A stretch of 64,000 nt of DNA, taken from the NCBI GenBank assembly GCA_031551885.1, contig JAVBMX010000010.1:1083-65082 (forward strand). Direction: 5' to 3'. Source of the DNA: Desulfovibrio sp. GTDB taxonomy: Bacteria > Desulfobacterota > Desulfovibrionia > Desulfovibrionales > Desulfovibrionaceae. Positions 55,233-64,000 of the stretch are shown one piece after another. A program made the translations under genes and the position numbers. Within the stretch, counting starts at the first letter, position 1. Each line of letters starts with the position of its first letter. Below the pieces are notes generated by a model that was not told the DNA's origin, ran no database searches, and saw only the letters and a list, made by a program, of their open reading frames with translations.

Positions 55233-55289
55233 GGGTCGGATTGTTTGACAAGAAATTGAAAACAGGCCAACGTACCGCCACGAAAACCA

Positions 55290-57479
55290 ATGGGATACCC
55301 GCACGTGAGTAAACATATTCTGGAAAAGCGCCGTTTCGTTGAAAGTCTGAGCCCCGGCATGGAAGTCTCGGACCTGTTTCTCATCGCCGTCGCCCAGCAG
55401 GCGCAGGCCAAAAACGGCCCGTATTGGCGTCTGGAGTTCCGTGACGCCCACGGGAGCATCTCCGGCAAGATCTGGAGCCCGCAAAGTCAGAATTACCCGG
55501 AAATTTCCCCCGGCATCGCCCTGGTGACCGGACGGGTGACCAGCTACCGGGACCAGCCCGAGATCGCCGTGGATTCGATTCGGCCGCTCACGGCCGAGGA
55601 AAGCGCCGGCCTGGATCTTTCCCTGTTTATGCCGGCCGCCGCCCGTTCCCCTCACGATATGCTGAAAGACTTGGGCCGCCTCGCCGTCGGCGCTCTCTCG
55701 CATGACCCGTGGAAGCGCTTTGTGGCCGCCGTGCTGGCCGACCCGGAAATCGCCCAGGGCCTGCCCACGGCTCCGGCCGCGAAGGCCATGCATCACGCCT
55801 ACGTCGGCGGTCTGCTGGAGCACACGCTTTCGGTCTGTGGGCTGTGTATGCGCCTGTGCGACCACTACCCCGCCCTGGATCGGCAAACCCTGTTCGCCGG
55901 GGCGCTGTGTCATGATTTGGGCAAGATCTGGGAGCTGTCGCCCGGCCTGGTCGCGGAGTACACCACCCAAGGTCGGCTCATCGGGCATATGTCCATTGCC
56001 CTGGAACGCCTGGCCCCCCTGATGCGCGAAGCCGGACTTGAGCCGGAATACGCGGAGCATCTGCGCCACCTCATCTTGAGCCACCACGGCACGCGGGAGT
56101 TCGGTTCCCCGGTGTTGCCCGCCACGGCCGAGGCTTTGGCCCTGCACTATGCCGACAACGTGGACGCCAAGCTCAACCAGATTGAATCCACTCTGAACAC
56201 GGCGTTGGGTGAAGCCAAAACAGGCTGGTCGGCCTATGTGCCCGCCTTGGAACGCACCCTGTACCGCGCCCCCAAAAGCCCAGAGCCCGAAAGCGCGACG
56301 GAAGCCGAAACCGAGACCGAACCCGACTTTGAGTTCGGGCCGCTTTTGTACGACGACCGGCTCTGTGAAGAGTTCGACCCGAACTTTCATCTGAACGACG
56401 TTTCCGATTTCCCGGAATTCCTTTTTGACGATTCGGACACCTTGCCGGAAAAAACCTTCCTGCCGGCGGAAGCGTCTTCGAAATCTCAAACAACGACCTC
56501 GTCCACGTCCACGAAGTCGGCGGAACCCTCCCCGCTCACCGGTGAGGCTGCGGCCCCCCCCGCCCCCAAGGCGGACGAACCGGTACCCTCCCCTTTGCCC
56601 GCGGAAGCGCAAGCCTCCGACACAACCGATTCCGGCACGGAAGCGGCGGCGTCCACCTCCCCTGCCGAACAATCGGAAGAGGTCTCGCCTGAGACAGGAT
56701 CCTCTTCCGATACAGCGAAGTCCGCCGAGGCATCCGCTCCCACAATGGAGGAGCCGGATACCCGCGAGGCTCCGGTTGCCGTGGCGAAGCCCTCGACTTC
56801 CCCCGTTGAGGCTGTGGTCGACGTCCCCATGACGGACACAGCCCCGGAAAAGGTCTCTTCCCTTGAAGCGGTGGAAGTTCCCGAGCACGCTTCCTCTTCC
56901 GCATCTGAACCGATGGATGCCGTGCCTCAGGAGGCTCCGGCGATTCCGGTCGCCCCGCTTGATGCCCAATCGTCCGAGACAGGCACAGAACCTTCCGCCG
57001 CCCCGATTGAGGCACAGTCCGAGACCGGTGCGGAGCCTTCCGCCGCAGCAGCAGCCGAAACTCCCCCGACTTCCGACGCGCCGGCTCAGGCCTCCTCTGA
57101 GGCGGGATCCCCAGACACTCCTCCCGCGCCCAAGAAAAAAAGAGCGCCCCGGGGCTCCCGGGCCAAAGCCGCCGCTGCCGCGGCAGCTTCCGCGCCTGTT
57201 GCCGAGGAGAAGCCGGCCGAATCCGTATCTTCCGATGTCCCGCCGGGCGAAGCGCCTTCTCCCGAAATGCAGGCGGACAACGAACTCTCACCCGATGTGG
57301 CGGCTTCGGCGACGACGCTTTCTGAACCAGCTCCTTCCCAGGCGGAAGCGCCCGCGACTGCCGGCGCCCAGGCCGATGCCTCGGCTTCCTCCGAATCCGG
57401 CGAGGATCCGGCGGCTTCCCCCGCGCCGAAAAAAAAGAAGGCGGCCCCGAAAATTGAATCCTTATCCCTGCTTGGCTGA
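55290..57479 (+). CDS. YhaM-family OB-fold/HD 3'-5' exoribonuclease with ~400-aa disordered C-terminal tail
   Basis: AKNGPYWRLEFRDAHGSISGKIW OB fold; MHHAYVGGLLEHT, LCHDLGKIWE, LIGH, SHHG, HYADNVDAK HD motifs. The start could be GTG 55305. Confidence 0.88.
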   Translation: MGYPHVSKHILEKRRFVESLSPGMEVSDLFLIAVAQQAQAKNGPYWRLEFRDAHGSISGKIWSPQSQNYPEISPGIALVTGRVTSYRDQPEIAVDSIRPLTAEESAGLDLSLFMPAAARSPHDMLKDLGRLAVGALSHDPWKRFVAAVLADPEIAQGLPTAPAAKAMHHAYVGGLLEHTLSVCGLCMRLCDHYPALDRQTLFAGALCHDLGKIWELSPGLVAEYTTQGRLIGHMSIALERLAPLMREAGLEPEYAEHLRHLILSHHGTREFGSPVLPATAEALALHYADNVDAKLNQIESTLNTALGEAKTGWSAYVPALERTLYRAPKSPEPESATEAETETEPDFEFGPLLYDDRLCEEFDPNFHLNDVSDFPEFLFDDSDTLPEKTFLPAEASSKSQTTTSSTSTKSAEPSPLTGEAAAPPAPKADEPVPSPLPAEAQASDTTDSGTEAAASTSPAEQSEEVSPETGSSSDTAKSAEASAPTMEEPDTREAPVAVAKPSTSPVEAVVDVPMTDTAPEKVSSLEAVEVPEHASSSASEPMDAVPQEAPAIPVAPLDAQSSETGTEPSAAPIEAQSETGAEPSAAAAAETPPTSDAPAQASSEAGSPDTPPAPKKKRAPRGSRAKAAAAAAASAPVAEEKPAESVSSDVPPGEAPSPEMQADNELSPDVAASATTLSEPAPSQAEAPATAGAQADASASSESGEDPAASPAPKKKKAAPKIESLSLLG

Positions 57480-58129
57480 TGTTTATTTCGTTTGAAGGCA
57501 TAGAAGGTTCCGGCAAAGGCACCGTTCTCCGTTCCGTCTGTGAGCGGCTGACCGAGCGCGGCGTTCCGTTTTTGTCGACCCGTGAACCCGGCGGCAGCGA
57601 TCTGGGCGCGCCCTTGCGCGCTCTGCTTCTGGACGCCCGCCAAACCATTGTGCCCAAGGCCGAGCTCTTCCTGTACCTTGCCGACCGCGCCCAACACGTG
57701 GCCCAGGTAATTCGCCCGGCCCTCGCACGCGGCCGGCTTGTGTTGTCGGATCGCTACGCCGACTCGACCATCGTCTATCAAGGATTCGGACGCGGGCTGG
57801 ATGTTCAGGAGTTGTTTCGGCTCAACGAAACGGCCGTTGACGGCCTGTGGCCCGACATCACCTTTGTGCTGGACGTGGACCCGGAGGTCGGTCTGGAACG
57901 CGCCCGCCGCCGCAACACGGAGTTGGGCCTTTCCGTCTCCGAGGGAAGGTTTGAGGCCGAGGCCATGGAATTTCACCGGACCATCCGTCAAGGCTATCTC
58001 GACTGGGCGGCCCGGCACCCCGAACGGTTTCGGATCATCAACGGCGGTCTGCCGCCGGAAGCCGTTTTCCACGATGTCTGGAGCATTCTCTCCACCCGAT
58101 TCCCCGAACTCTCCATCGAAGCGAGGTAG
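57479..58129 (+). CDS. tmk: Thymidylate kinase
   Basis: FISFEGIEGSGKGT, TREPGG, ADRAQH, DRYADSTIVYQG. Confidence 0.96.
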   Translation: MFISFEGIEGSGKGTVLRSVCERLTERGVPFLSTREPGGSDLGAPLRALLLDARQTIVPKAELFLYLADRAQHVAQVIRPALARGRLVLSDRYADSTIVYQGFGRGLDVQELFRLNETAVDGLWPDITFVLDVDPEVGLERARRRNTELGLSVSEGRFEAEAMEFHRTIRQGYLDWAARHPERFRIINGGLPPEAVFHDVWSILSTRFPELSIEAR

Positions 58130-58131
58130 TT

Positions 58132-58947
58132 ATGACCGCCGTCGGCAAAAAGACCGCCGTGAAGAAAGCCCCCTCCCCAAGCGCCGCCAAAACCGCTCCG
58201 GCCCAAAAGGCCCCCGCCGCGAAGAAGGCTCCGGCAGCCAAAGCTGCCGCTCCGGCGGCCACGGCGACGCCCGCCCCGGTGAAAAAGGCCGGATTCCAAG
58301 CCGGACTTGAGAGCGTCTGGGAACTGCGTCTGGCCGAAACCGCCGCCGCCCTCACCAAGCGCGGCTATGAGGTTTCCATCGCGGCCGACTCCAAAGCGGC
58401 CGGCGAACTGGTGCTGCGCAAGATTCTGCCGGAGAGCAAAGCCCATTCCGTGGCCTTTGGTGGATCCATGACCGTTATGGGTACGGGTCTGTATGACGCT
58501 CTGAAAAAGACCAAAGGGCTTGAAGTATTTGACACCAACGACATGTCCAACGGGCCGGCCGCAATGATCGAAATGCGCCGCAAAGCTCTGAACTGCGACT
58601 TTTACCTGTGTTCGGTCAACGCCCTGACCCGTACCGGGGTGGCCATTCTTCTGGACGGCATCGGTAACCGGGGCGCGTCCGTGCAGTTCGGTCCGCTGAA
58701 AGTGGTGCTGCTCGTCGGCCGCAACAAAATCTGCGACGATGTCGAAAGCGGCATCGAACGGATCAGAACCATCGCCGCCCCGGCCAACACCATTCGTCTG
58801 GGCAAAAAGACCCCCTGCACCAAAACCGGCTACTGTATGGATTGCTCCTCGCCGGAGCGGATCTGCTCGGCCTGGACCATCCTGGAGCGCAGCGCCCCCA
58901 AAGGCCGGGTTCACGTGGTGCTGATCAACGAAGAAATTGGTTTTTAG
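58132..58947 (+). CDS. Lactate utilization (LUD/LutC/YkgG-like) domain protein with Lys/Ala/Pro-rich N-terminal extension
   Basis: VAFGGSMT, YLCSVNALT, DGIGNR, VGRNKI, PCTKTGYCMDCSSPERIC. Confidence 0.85.
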   Translation: MTAVGKKTAVKKAPSPSAAKTAPAQKAPAAKKAPAAKAAAPAATATPAPVKKAGFQAGLESVWELRLAETAAALTKRGYEVSIAADSKAAGELVLRKILPESKAHSVAFGGSMTVMGTGLYDALKKTKGLEVFDTNDMSNGPAAMIEMRRKALNCDFYLCSVNALTRTGVAILLDGIGNRGASVQFGPLKVVLLVGRNKICDDVESGIERIRTIAAPANTIRLGKKTPCTKTGYCMDCSSPERICSAWTILERSAPKGRVHVVLINEEIGF

Positions 58948-58970
58948 GATCAACTTTTCATTGTTTTCTT

Positions 58971-59128
58971 GGAGGGACGCTGCCCCTCCAAACCTCCCTG
59001 CAAGGGGATTGAATCCCCTTGACCCCCGTTGACTCGAAAGCCTGCCCGCTATGCGGGCAGGCTTTCGAGTCGTTGTGGGGTGCAGGGGAAATCATTTCCC
59101 CTGCCGGGGGTACGGGGGCGGAGCCCCC
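58971..59128. repeat. Composite REP-like hairpin cluster between convergent genes
   Basis: Perfect 19-bp inverted repeat GACTCGAAAGCCTGCCCGC-TAT-GCGGGCAGGCTTTCGAGTC (59031..59071), plus CAAGGGGATTGAATCCCCTTG, CAGGGGAAATCATTTCCCCTG and GGGGGCGGAGCCCCC. Confidence 0.85.
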
Positions 59129-59134
59129 ACTTGC

Positions 59135-61249
59135 TTAAAACTCATAGCTCAAAGCCAGAACGGCGTGGGTTCCGGGGTAGTAGTAATAATCGGGCTCATA
59201 TTCCTGATTGAAGACGTTCTTGACGGACAAGGTCGCCTTGAACTGCTGTTCTTCACCCAATTCCAGCCCGACGGTGAAATCGGCGGTCTGCCCGGCTTCG
59301 TGCTCGTACCAAATTTGATCGTCACCACCGTCGAATTTATAGGGAGCGGACATCCGATACGAAGCATCCGTAAACACGCGGCTGCGTTCGTCGATGGTGT
59401 GCTCCCAACGCAGGCCGATGGTCCCCCAGGCCGTGGGCACCCGGTTGGCTTCCGTGGTGTAGTCCTGATGCATAAGATGGGTCTGCATCAGGGTCACGTT
59501 GCCGTAGGGGGTGAAACCGGTATCCGTGATATGCCAGGCCGCGTCGAGCTCCCACCCGTACGACTCGTAGGTACCCGCGTTGACGGTCTCGTTGACGCTC
59601 CAGGTGGTGTTGGGGATGTACCCGATGACCCGGGTGGTCATCATGTCGTCAATCTTGTTGTAGAACAGCGAGGTATCCAGAATCAGGCTGCCGTTGTTGT
59701 AACGCGCGCCGATCTCGTAGTTGTACGAGCGTTCCGGCTTCAGGTTCGTATTGGGCACAAGGTACAACCCGGTCCCGGTCAGTTGCGAGGCCAAATCCGG
59801 GGTGCGGAAGCCTTGGGAATATTGCGCCCGCAGGGCCAGATTCTCGAACCCCGAGTAAACGATCCCCACGTTTCCCACCAGGCTGGAGTCGGAAACGGAG
59901 TCCTCCTTGGAGGGATCCTGCTCAAAACGTTGCAATGAAGTCCGTATCCAGCTCTGGCGCAGACCCATGGTCAGCTTGAGATCATCCATCAGGCTCCATT
60001 CGTCCTGAATAAACAGGGCCATGGTTCGTTGGGTGGCGTCAAAACTGTATTCGGGAGCGCCGGTGGAAGCGATGGAATGGTTGAGCAGCTTGTCGTACAG
60101 CACTTCCATGCCCACCGATACATAATGGGAATCAAAGAGCCGCCAGTCGCTCTGGATCGTCCCCCCGTAGGAATCCGAGATGTCCTGCAGCTTGTTGGAA
60201 GCCCAGGTCGCCCCGTTGGCGTCTTCGCCGCGCTGAATGACGTCGCGGGACTGATAATATGTGTTCACGCTCAGTTTCTTAAAGTTGTCGCTCAGGTCAT
60301 CAAGCGTAAGCGAGGCCGTGTAGGAGTCACGCCTGTTCCGAGGGAAGTCGGAAAGGTAATAGACCGCGGGATCGTCCTGATCATAGAGGATCATCTTCTT
60401 CTCGTCCCAGGAATAAATCGCGCTCATTTCCTGCACGTCGGAATCGTAATGCTGGGCGGTGACGTTCAGGCTGCCGCCGTCCCAGGCATACCCCATCTGG
60501 CCGAAGAAACTTTCGGCGTGGTACGAACTGTGGTCGGCCGTGCCGCCTGCCGCAAGCTTGCGGTCGTTGGCGTTTACATAGTTGCCGGAAAGCCGGTAGG
60601 AAAACCCGTCTTTGTCGCCGTAGATCGCCATACGCGGAGCAACACCGGTCGTGGACCCGTCGAGAATGACCTTGGCCTTGCCGGCCACGGGTTTGCCGTT
60701 GCCGCCCTTCTTGGTGATGATGTTCACCACCCCGCCGATGGCGTCCGAACCATACAAAGCGGAAGCCGGCCCTTTGATGATTTCGACCCGTTCGATGTCG
60801 TCGGGGTCGATGTTCATCAGGCCCTTGTTCATATCCTCCTTGAAGATGGAGTTCTGGCGCACCCCGTCGATGAGGTACAACACCCGCCCTGCCTCAAGAC
60901 CCCGGATGGAAACCATCGCGTTGTTGCCCGCCCCGGTCTTGCCGGCCGTATAGGTCACGCCGGGGGCGCGCACGAGCTGCTCGGCCACATCCGTGCTCGG
61001 GTGCTCTTCAATTTCCTGCTTTCCCACAACGGAGACGGACATGGGAATATCCTGCAGGTCTTCCTCAACGCGAGTTGCCGTAACCATGATTGCCGGCAAT
61101 AAGGTGCCCCCCGAGGGGTCTTCGCTTTTTTCAGCGGGCGCGAGATCGCCGCTTTCCTCCGGCTCTTCCGCCCAAACGGCTCCGACCGGACCGGTCCAAA
61201 AAATACCCGCGACAAGTATGCTCCCGACTGCCTTGCTCAATACACCCAT
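59135..61249 (-). CDS. TonB-dependent outer membrane receptor
   Basis: Signal peptide, IMVTATR TonB-box region, plug (SIRGLE, IDPDDIERVEIIKGPASALYGSDAIGGVVNIITK), GFRTPDL, NLKPE, C-terminal Phe. Confidence 0.92.
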   Translation of the reverse strand: MGVLSKAVGSILVAGIFWTGPVGAVWAEEPEESGDLAPAEKSEDPSGGTLLPAIMVTATRVEEDLQDIPMSVSVVGKQEIEEHPSTDVAEQLVRAPGVTYTAGKTGAGNNAMVSIRGLEAGRVLYLIDGVRQNSIFKEDMNKGLMNIDPDDIERVEIIKGPASALYGSDAIGGVVNIITKKGGNGKPVAGKAKVILDGSTTGVAPRMAIYGDKDGFSYRLSGNYVNANDRKLAAGGTADHSSYHAESFFGQMGYAWDGGSLNVTAQHYDSDVQEMSAIYSWDEKKMILYDQDDPAVYYLSDFPRNRRDSYTASLTLDDLSDNFKKLSVNTYYQSRDVIQRGEDANGATWASNKLQDISDSYGGTIQSDWRLFDSHYVSVGMEVLYDKLLNHSIASTGAPEYSFDATQRTMALFIQDEWSLMDDLKLTMGLRQSWIRTSLQRFEQDPSKEDSVSDSSLVGNVGIVYSGFENLALRAQYSQGFRTPDLASQLTGTGLYLVPNTNLKPERSYNYEIGARYNNGSLILDTSLFYNKIDDMMTTRVIGYIPNTTWSVNETVNAGTYESYGWELDAAWHITDTGFTPYGNVTLMQTHLMHQDYTTEANRVPTAWGTIGLRWEHTIDERSRVFTDASYRMSAPYKFDGGDDQIWYEHEAGQTADFTVGLELGEEQQFKATLSVKNVFNQEYEPDYYYYPGTHAVLALSYEF

Positions 61250-61340
61250 ACCAACCACCTTTTGCCCACCGCCCAACATGGGGCGGCTTCTAAAAATCAT
61301 AAAAAGCACCGACGCCGGACAATCTGAAATTTCTTGATGG

Positions 61341-61359
61341 TGAGACTCAAAATCAGTAT
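61341..61359 (-). promoter_or_regulatory. Possible Fur-like box overlapping a TATACT -10 element of the receptor promoter
   Basis: TGAGACTCAAAATCA (TGA-N9-TCA; 10 of 14 defined positions match TGATAATnATTATCA) abuts minus-strand TATACT. Confidence 0.3.
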
Positions 61360-61512
61360 AGTGAGGCGTCTCTTTGCAGATCCCGGCTTGCTTTGCAAGT
61401 TGTTTAGCAAGCCGACGACAAAAATTTATAAGGCAAATACGAAAAAATGTATCAAAGTGTTGCGGTGTACTGATTTTCTCCCGCAATACCGTCGTCGTGC
61501 GAGGTTCGTGGC

Positions 61513-62217
61513 GTGGGCACAAGGCAAAACGGAAAAATTCTGCTGATCGATGACGACAAACGGCTGCATGAAGGCATCCGCGACTATCTGGAACCGCACG
61601 GTTACCTCATTCGCTCACTTTACACCGGCCTGCACGCCGAGGCCGAGCTTGAGGCCTTCCGCCCGAACCTGATCCTGCTCGACGTCATGCTCCCGGACGG
61701 CAGAGACGGATTCGATCTGCTGCGGGAAATCCGCAAACGCTCCCGCCTGCCGGTCGTCATGCTGACGGCGCGGGGCGAGGAAAGCGATCGAATCGTCGGC
61801 CTGGAGATGGGCGCGGACGACTATCTGGCCAAGCCGTTCAGTCCGCGCGAGTTGCTGGCCAGAATCAAGGCCGTGCTGCGCCGGGTCGAGGGCGGCTTTG
61901 TCGAGGAAGCGGACACCCTCGCTTCCGGTTCCTTCACCTTGGACATGAAGCGCCATAACCTGTGCAGGCAAGGCAAAACCCTGCCGCTCTCCACTTCGGA
62001 GGCCCGTATTCTGCGGGTTTTTCTCAACCATGCCGGCGAGGTGCTCAGCCGGGATCAAATTCTTTCCCTGGCCTTCGGCACCGATCATTATGCCGGGGAC
62101 CGCAACGTCGACGTGCATGTCAGTCGTTTGCGGGGCCTGCTGCGCGGTTTCGCCGCCGACCTTGCGCCCATTCGCACCGTGTGGGGGACGGGCTATCGCT
62201 GGGTTGACGGTGCGTAA
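61513..62217 (+). CDS. OmpR family response regulator
   Basis: ILLIDDD, ILLDVMLP, MLTARG, GADDYLAKPFSPRELLARI, RNVDVHVSRLR, IRTVWGTGY. Confidence 0.95.
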   Translation: MGTRQNGKILLIDDDKRLHEGIRDYLEPHGYLIRSLYTGLHAEAELEAFRPNLILLDVMLPDGRDGFDLLREIRKRSRLPVVMLTARGEESDRIVGLEMGADDYLAKPFSPRELLARIKAVLRRVEGGFVEEADTLASGSFTLDMKRHNLCRQGKTLPLSTSEARILRVFLNHAGEVLSRDQILSLAFGTDHYAGDRNVDVHVSRLRGLLRGFAADLAPIRTVWGTGYRWVDGA

Positions 62218-63754
62218 GCCCCTCCGACTCCGCTGGGGTTCGCGTCTGTGGCAACGCATTTTCACCTACTCTCTGCTTTTGGTGCTGCTTTCCCAAGCCA
62301 CCCCGTTTCTTCTTTTCCTTCTTGGAACCGAAGACCGCGAAACCCGCCGGGACAACATGGCGGCCTTTTTCCACGACATCATCCTGGTCAATCTGAACGG
62401 GCGCGCCCAGGCCGACGCCAAAATGTATCTGGACTATTTCAACGGGTTGGGTCCGCAGTTGTGGTTCGAGCGCCCCGACGGCTCCGTGCTCTCGGGAACG
62501 CCCGTGGCCGGGCTGGACTCCGCGAGCCGACAACGCCTGCGCTCCCCGATTCCGTCAGGCAAGCCTTCCGTCGTTGTGTACGAAGCCGAAGGTCTGGCCT
62601 GGGAAACAGGGCCTTCCGAACCGTTGGGGCTTCTGGTCACCCCGGTGCGTTTTCGCGAAGGCGAGGCGGTCATGTGCTACACGTACTGGAACGGACGTTT
62701 TCCACACGTGCAGGATCACTTTTATTGGGGGGTCGGCGCGCTGGTTCTGGTGGGCGGGGCGCTGAGCCTGTGGATGGCCCGCCACGTGACCCTGCCGTTG
62801 CGCCGGTTGCGGGGTGAAGTCGCGGCAGTGGACGAACGCGACCCAGCCGGACGGGTGACCGTACAGGGGTATGTCGAAGTGACGGATGTGGCCGAAGCCG
62901 TCAACCGGCTTACGGCGAGCTTGTCCCGGCATATACGGGGAATGCGCGAACTCATGGCCAATGTTTCGCACGAATTGCGCTCGCCCTTGGCTCGAATGAC
63001 GTTTGCCGTGGACTTTATTGAAGAAGGCCTGACGGAAGCCGACGTTGCCCGCACCCCGGCCGATGCGAATGCCCGGCGCAAAACCGCCCTGGCCCGCAAG
63101 CATCTTGGCCTGCTTAAAGAAGAGCTTGCGGTGATGGACCAGCTTATCGGCTCATGCCTGCTGGCGGGCAAACTGGATCTGCAGCAGCGTCCGGCCGATC
63201 TGCGGCCTCTGGATCTGTCCCGTCTGTGCCGGGAGGCTTTCGCCGGGCAGGCCGGCATGGCCGAAGCTCGCGACATCCGCTTTCTCCAGGAAGTAACCGG
63301 CGATGTGCACATTCTCGGGGATGCCCTGCTCCTGCGCCAAGCCGTCGTCAACCTGCTGGACAACGCCCTGCGCTACACCCTACCGGGCGGACGAGTCATC
63401 GTGGCGCTTGACTTTGAAGCGGAACCCGCAATGAAGGAAGCCGCACCCGCCGAACCGGAAACGACCGCCCGACGAGTCCGACTGTTGGTGGCGAACACGC
63501 ACCCTCCCCTGTCCTCGGAGGCCCTCCAGCGAATCTTTGAGCCTTTTTACCGCGCGGCTTCGGGCGACAATGCCGACGGGTCGGGGCTCGGTCTTGCTTT
63601 GGTGCAACGGATTATCGCCCTGCATGGGGGAGAGGTGACGGCCCAGAATGCCGAATGCGCCGGCGAGTCCCTGTTTCAGATATCCGTCACGCTGCCCGCA
63701 TGGTCGGAAACTTCCGCCGAACAACCGACCAGAAGCCCGACGCAGGATGCGTAA
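62210..63754 (+). CDS. Sensor histidine kinase (HAMP, HisKA, HATPase)
   Basis: ANVSHELRSPLARM, AVVNLLDNALRY, IFEPFYR, GSGLGLALV; GTG start overlapping the regulator. Confidence 0.92.
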   Translation: MRKPLRLRWGSRLWQRIFTYSLLLVLLSQATPFLLFLLGTEDRETRRDNMAAFFHDIILVNLNGRAQADAKMYLDYFNGLGPQLWFERPDGSVLSGTPVAGLDSASRQRLRSPIPSGKPSVVVYEAEGLAWETGPSEPLGLLVTPVRFREGEAVMCYTYWNGRFPHVQDHFYWGVGALVLVGGALSLWMARHVTLPLRRLRGEVAAVDERDPAGRVTVQGYVEVTDVAEAVNRLTASLSRHIRGMRELMANVSHELRSPLARMTFAVDFIEEGLTEADVARTPADANARRKTALARKHLGLLKEELAVMDQLIGSCLLAGKLDLQQRPADLRPLDLSRLCREAFAGQAGMAEARDIRFLQEVTGDVHILGDALLLRQAVVNLLDNALRYTLPGGRVIVALDFEAEPAMKEAAPAEPETTARRVRLLVANTHPPLSSEALQRIFEPFYRAASGDNADGSGLGLALVQRIIALHGGEVTAQNAECAGESLFQISVTLPAWSETSAEQPTRSPTQDA

Positions 63755-64000
63755 GCGAAGCCACGTATACTTCCCGCCACAAGCGAACGACGCGGCATCC
63801 GACCTCGTCTTGGTCCGGCGAGGTGAACATTCTGCCCCACATAAGTCGGGGGGCCGGGGGGGGGGGCCGGGAAGCCCACCAACACGGGGGGCGGGGGGAC
63901 GAACACCACCCCGGGCGATAGGGGGGGACCCCAAAAATAAACAAAAAAAAAAAAGGCCACGGGGACGATTTGTAGATAAAGAAAAAACCCCCCAACCCCC

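Noticed and set aside
41600-55290. attL/attR direct repeats or a tRNA integration site around the module
   Set aside because: None found by eye at either flank, and no integrase; a computational repeat search would be needed to exclude short cores.
20023-59128. CRISPR array
   Set aside because: The repeats are dispersed single copies, not regularly spaced with unique spacers, and there are no cas genes.
780-63995. Many long antisense or alternate-frame ORFs (e.g. 2457..3887-, 12224..13606+, 39037..40983-, 52557..55016+, 55206..56969-)
   Set aside because: They are shadows of well-supported genes in GC-rich DNA, with no motifs or RBS.
63845-64000. G-, C- and A-homopolymer-rich tail and the short ORFs drawn through it
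   Set aside because: The composition looks like low-quality read-end or assembly artefact; no credible gene or repeat.

Overview
GC-rich chromosomal window from a Desulfovibrionaceae-like sulfate reducer. The taxon is inferred from the Desulfovibrio-type adenylate kinase LID, a DVU0150/TauE-like sigma54 cluster and the style of the palindromic repeats. Most of the window is housekeeping: rpsT, adk, recN, lpxK, rnr, cobU, tmk, two Hsp20 genes, transporters and an MCP. Four accessory blocks stand out. (1) 9.7-20 kb: a PEP-synthase-like protein, a membrane-bound sigma54 activator, and a divergent sigma54-driven TauE operon ending in a histidine kinase. (2) 24.4-28.1 kb: nickel-pincer (NPN) cofactor genes larC/larB/larE with ubiX inserted and no larA. 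(3) 43.0-54.8 kb, the most striking: a co-oriented podovirus (BPP-1/T7-like) virion module with portal, scaffold, capsid, cement, tail tube A/B, two small internal virion proteins, tail fibre and chaperone, and a PLA2-like ORF. It has no terminase, integrase, replication, repressor, holin/endolysin or large ejection proteins, and sits between host genes. It is a candidate gene-transfer agent (Dd1-like) or other domesticated virion. (4) 59-63.8 kb: a TonB-dependent receptor divergent from an OmpR/HK pair. At least four families of short palindromic MITE/REP-like repeats occupy intergenic regions; one family occurs, in this window, only at internal or boundary junctions of the virion module. The last ~160 nt look like low-quality sequence. 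All family assignments come from motif recognition by eye; no database search was run.
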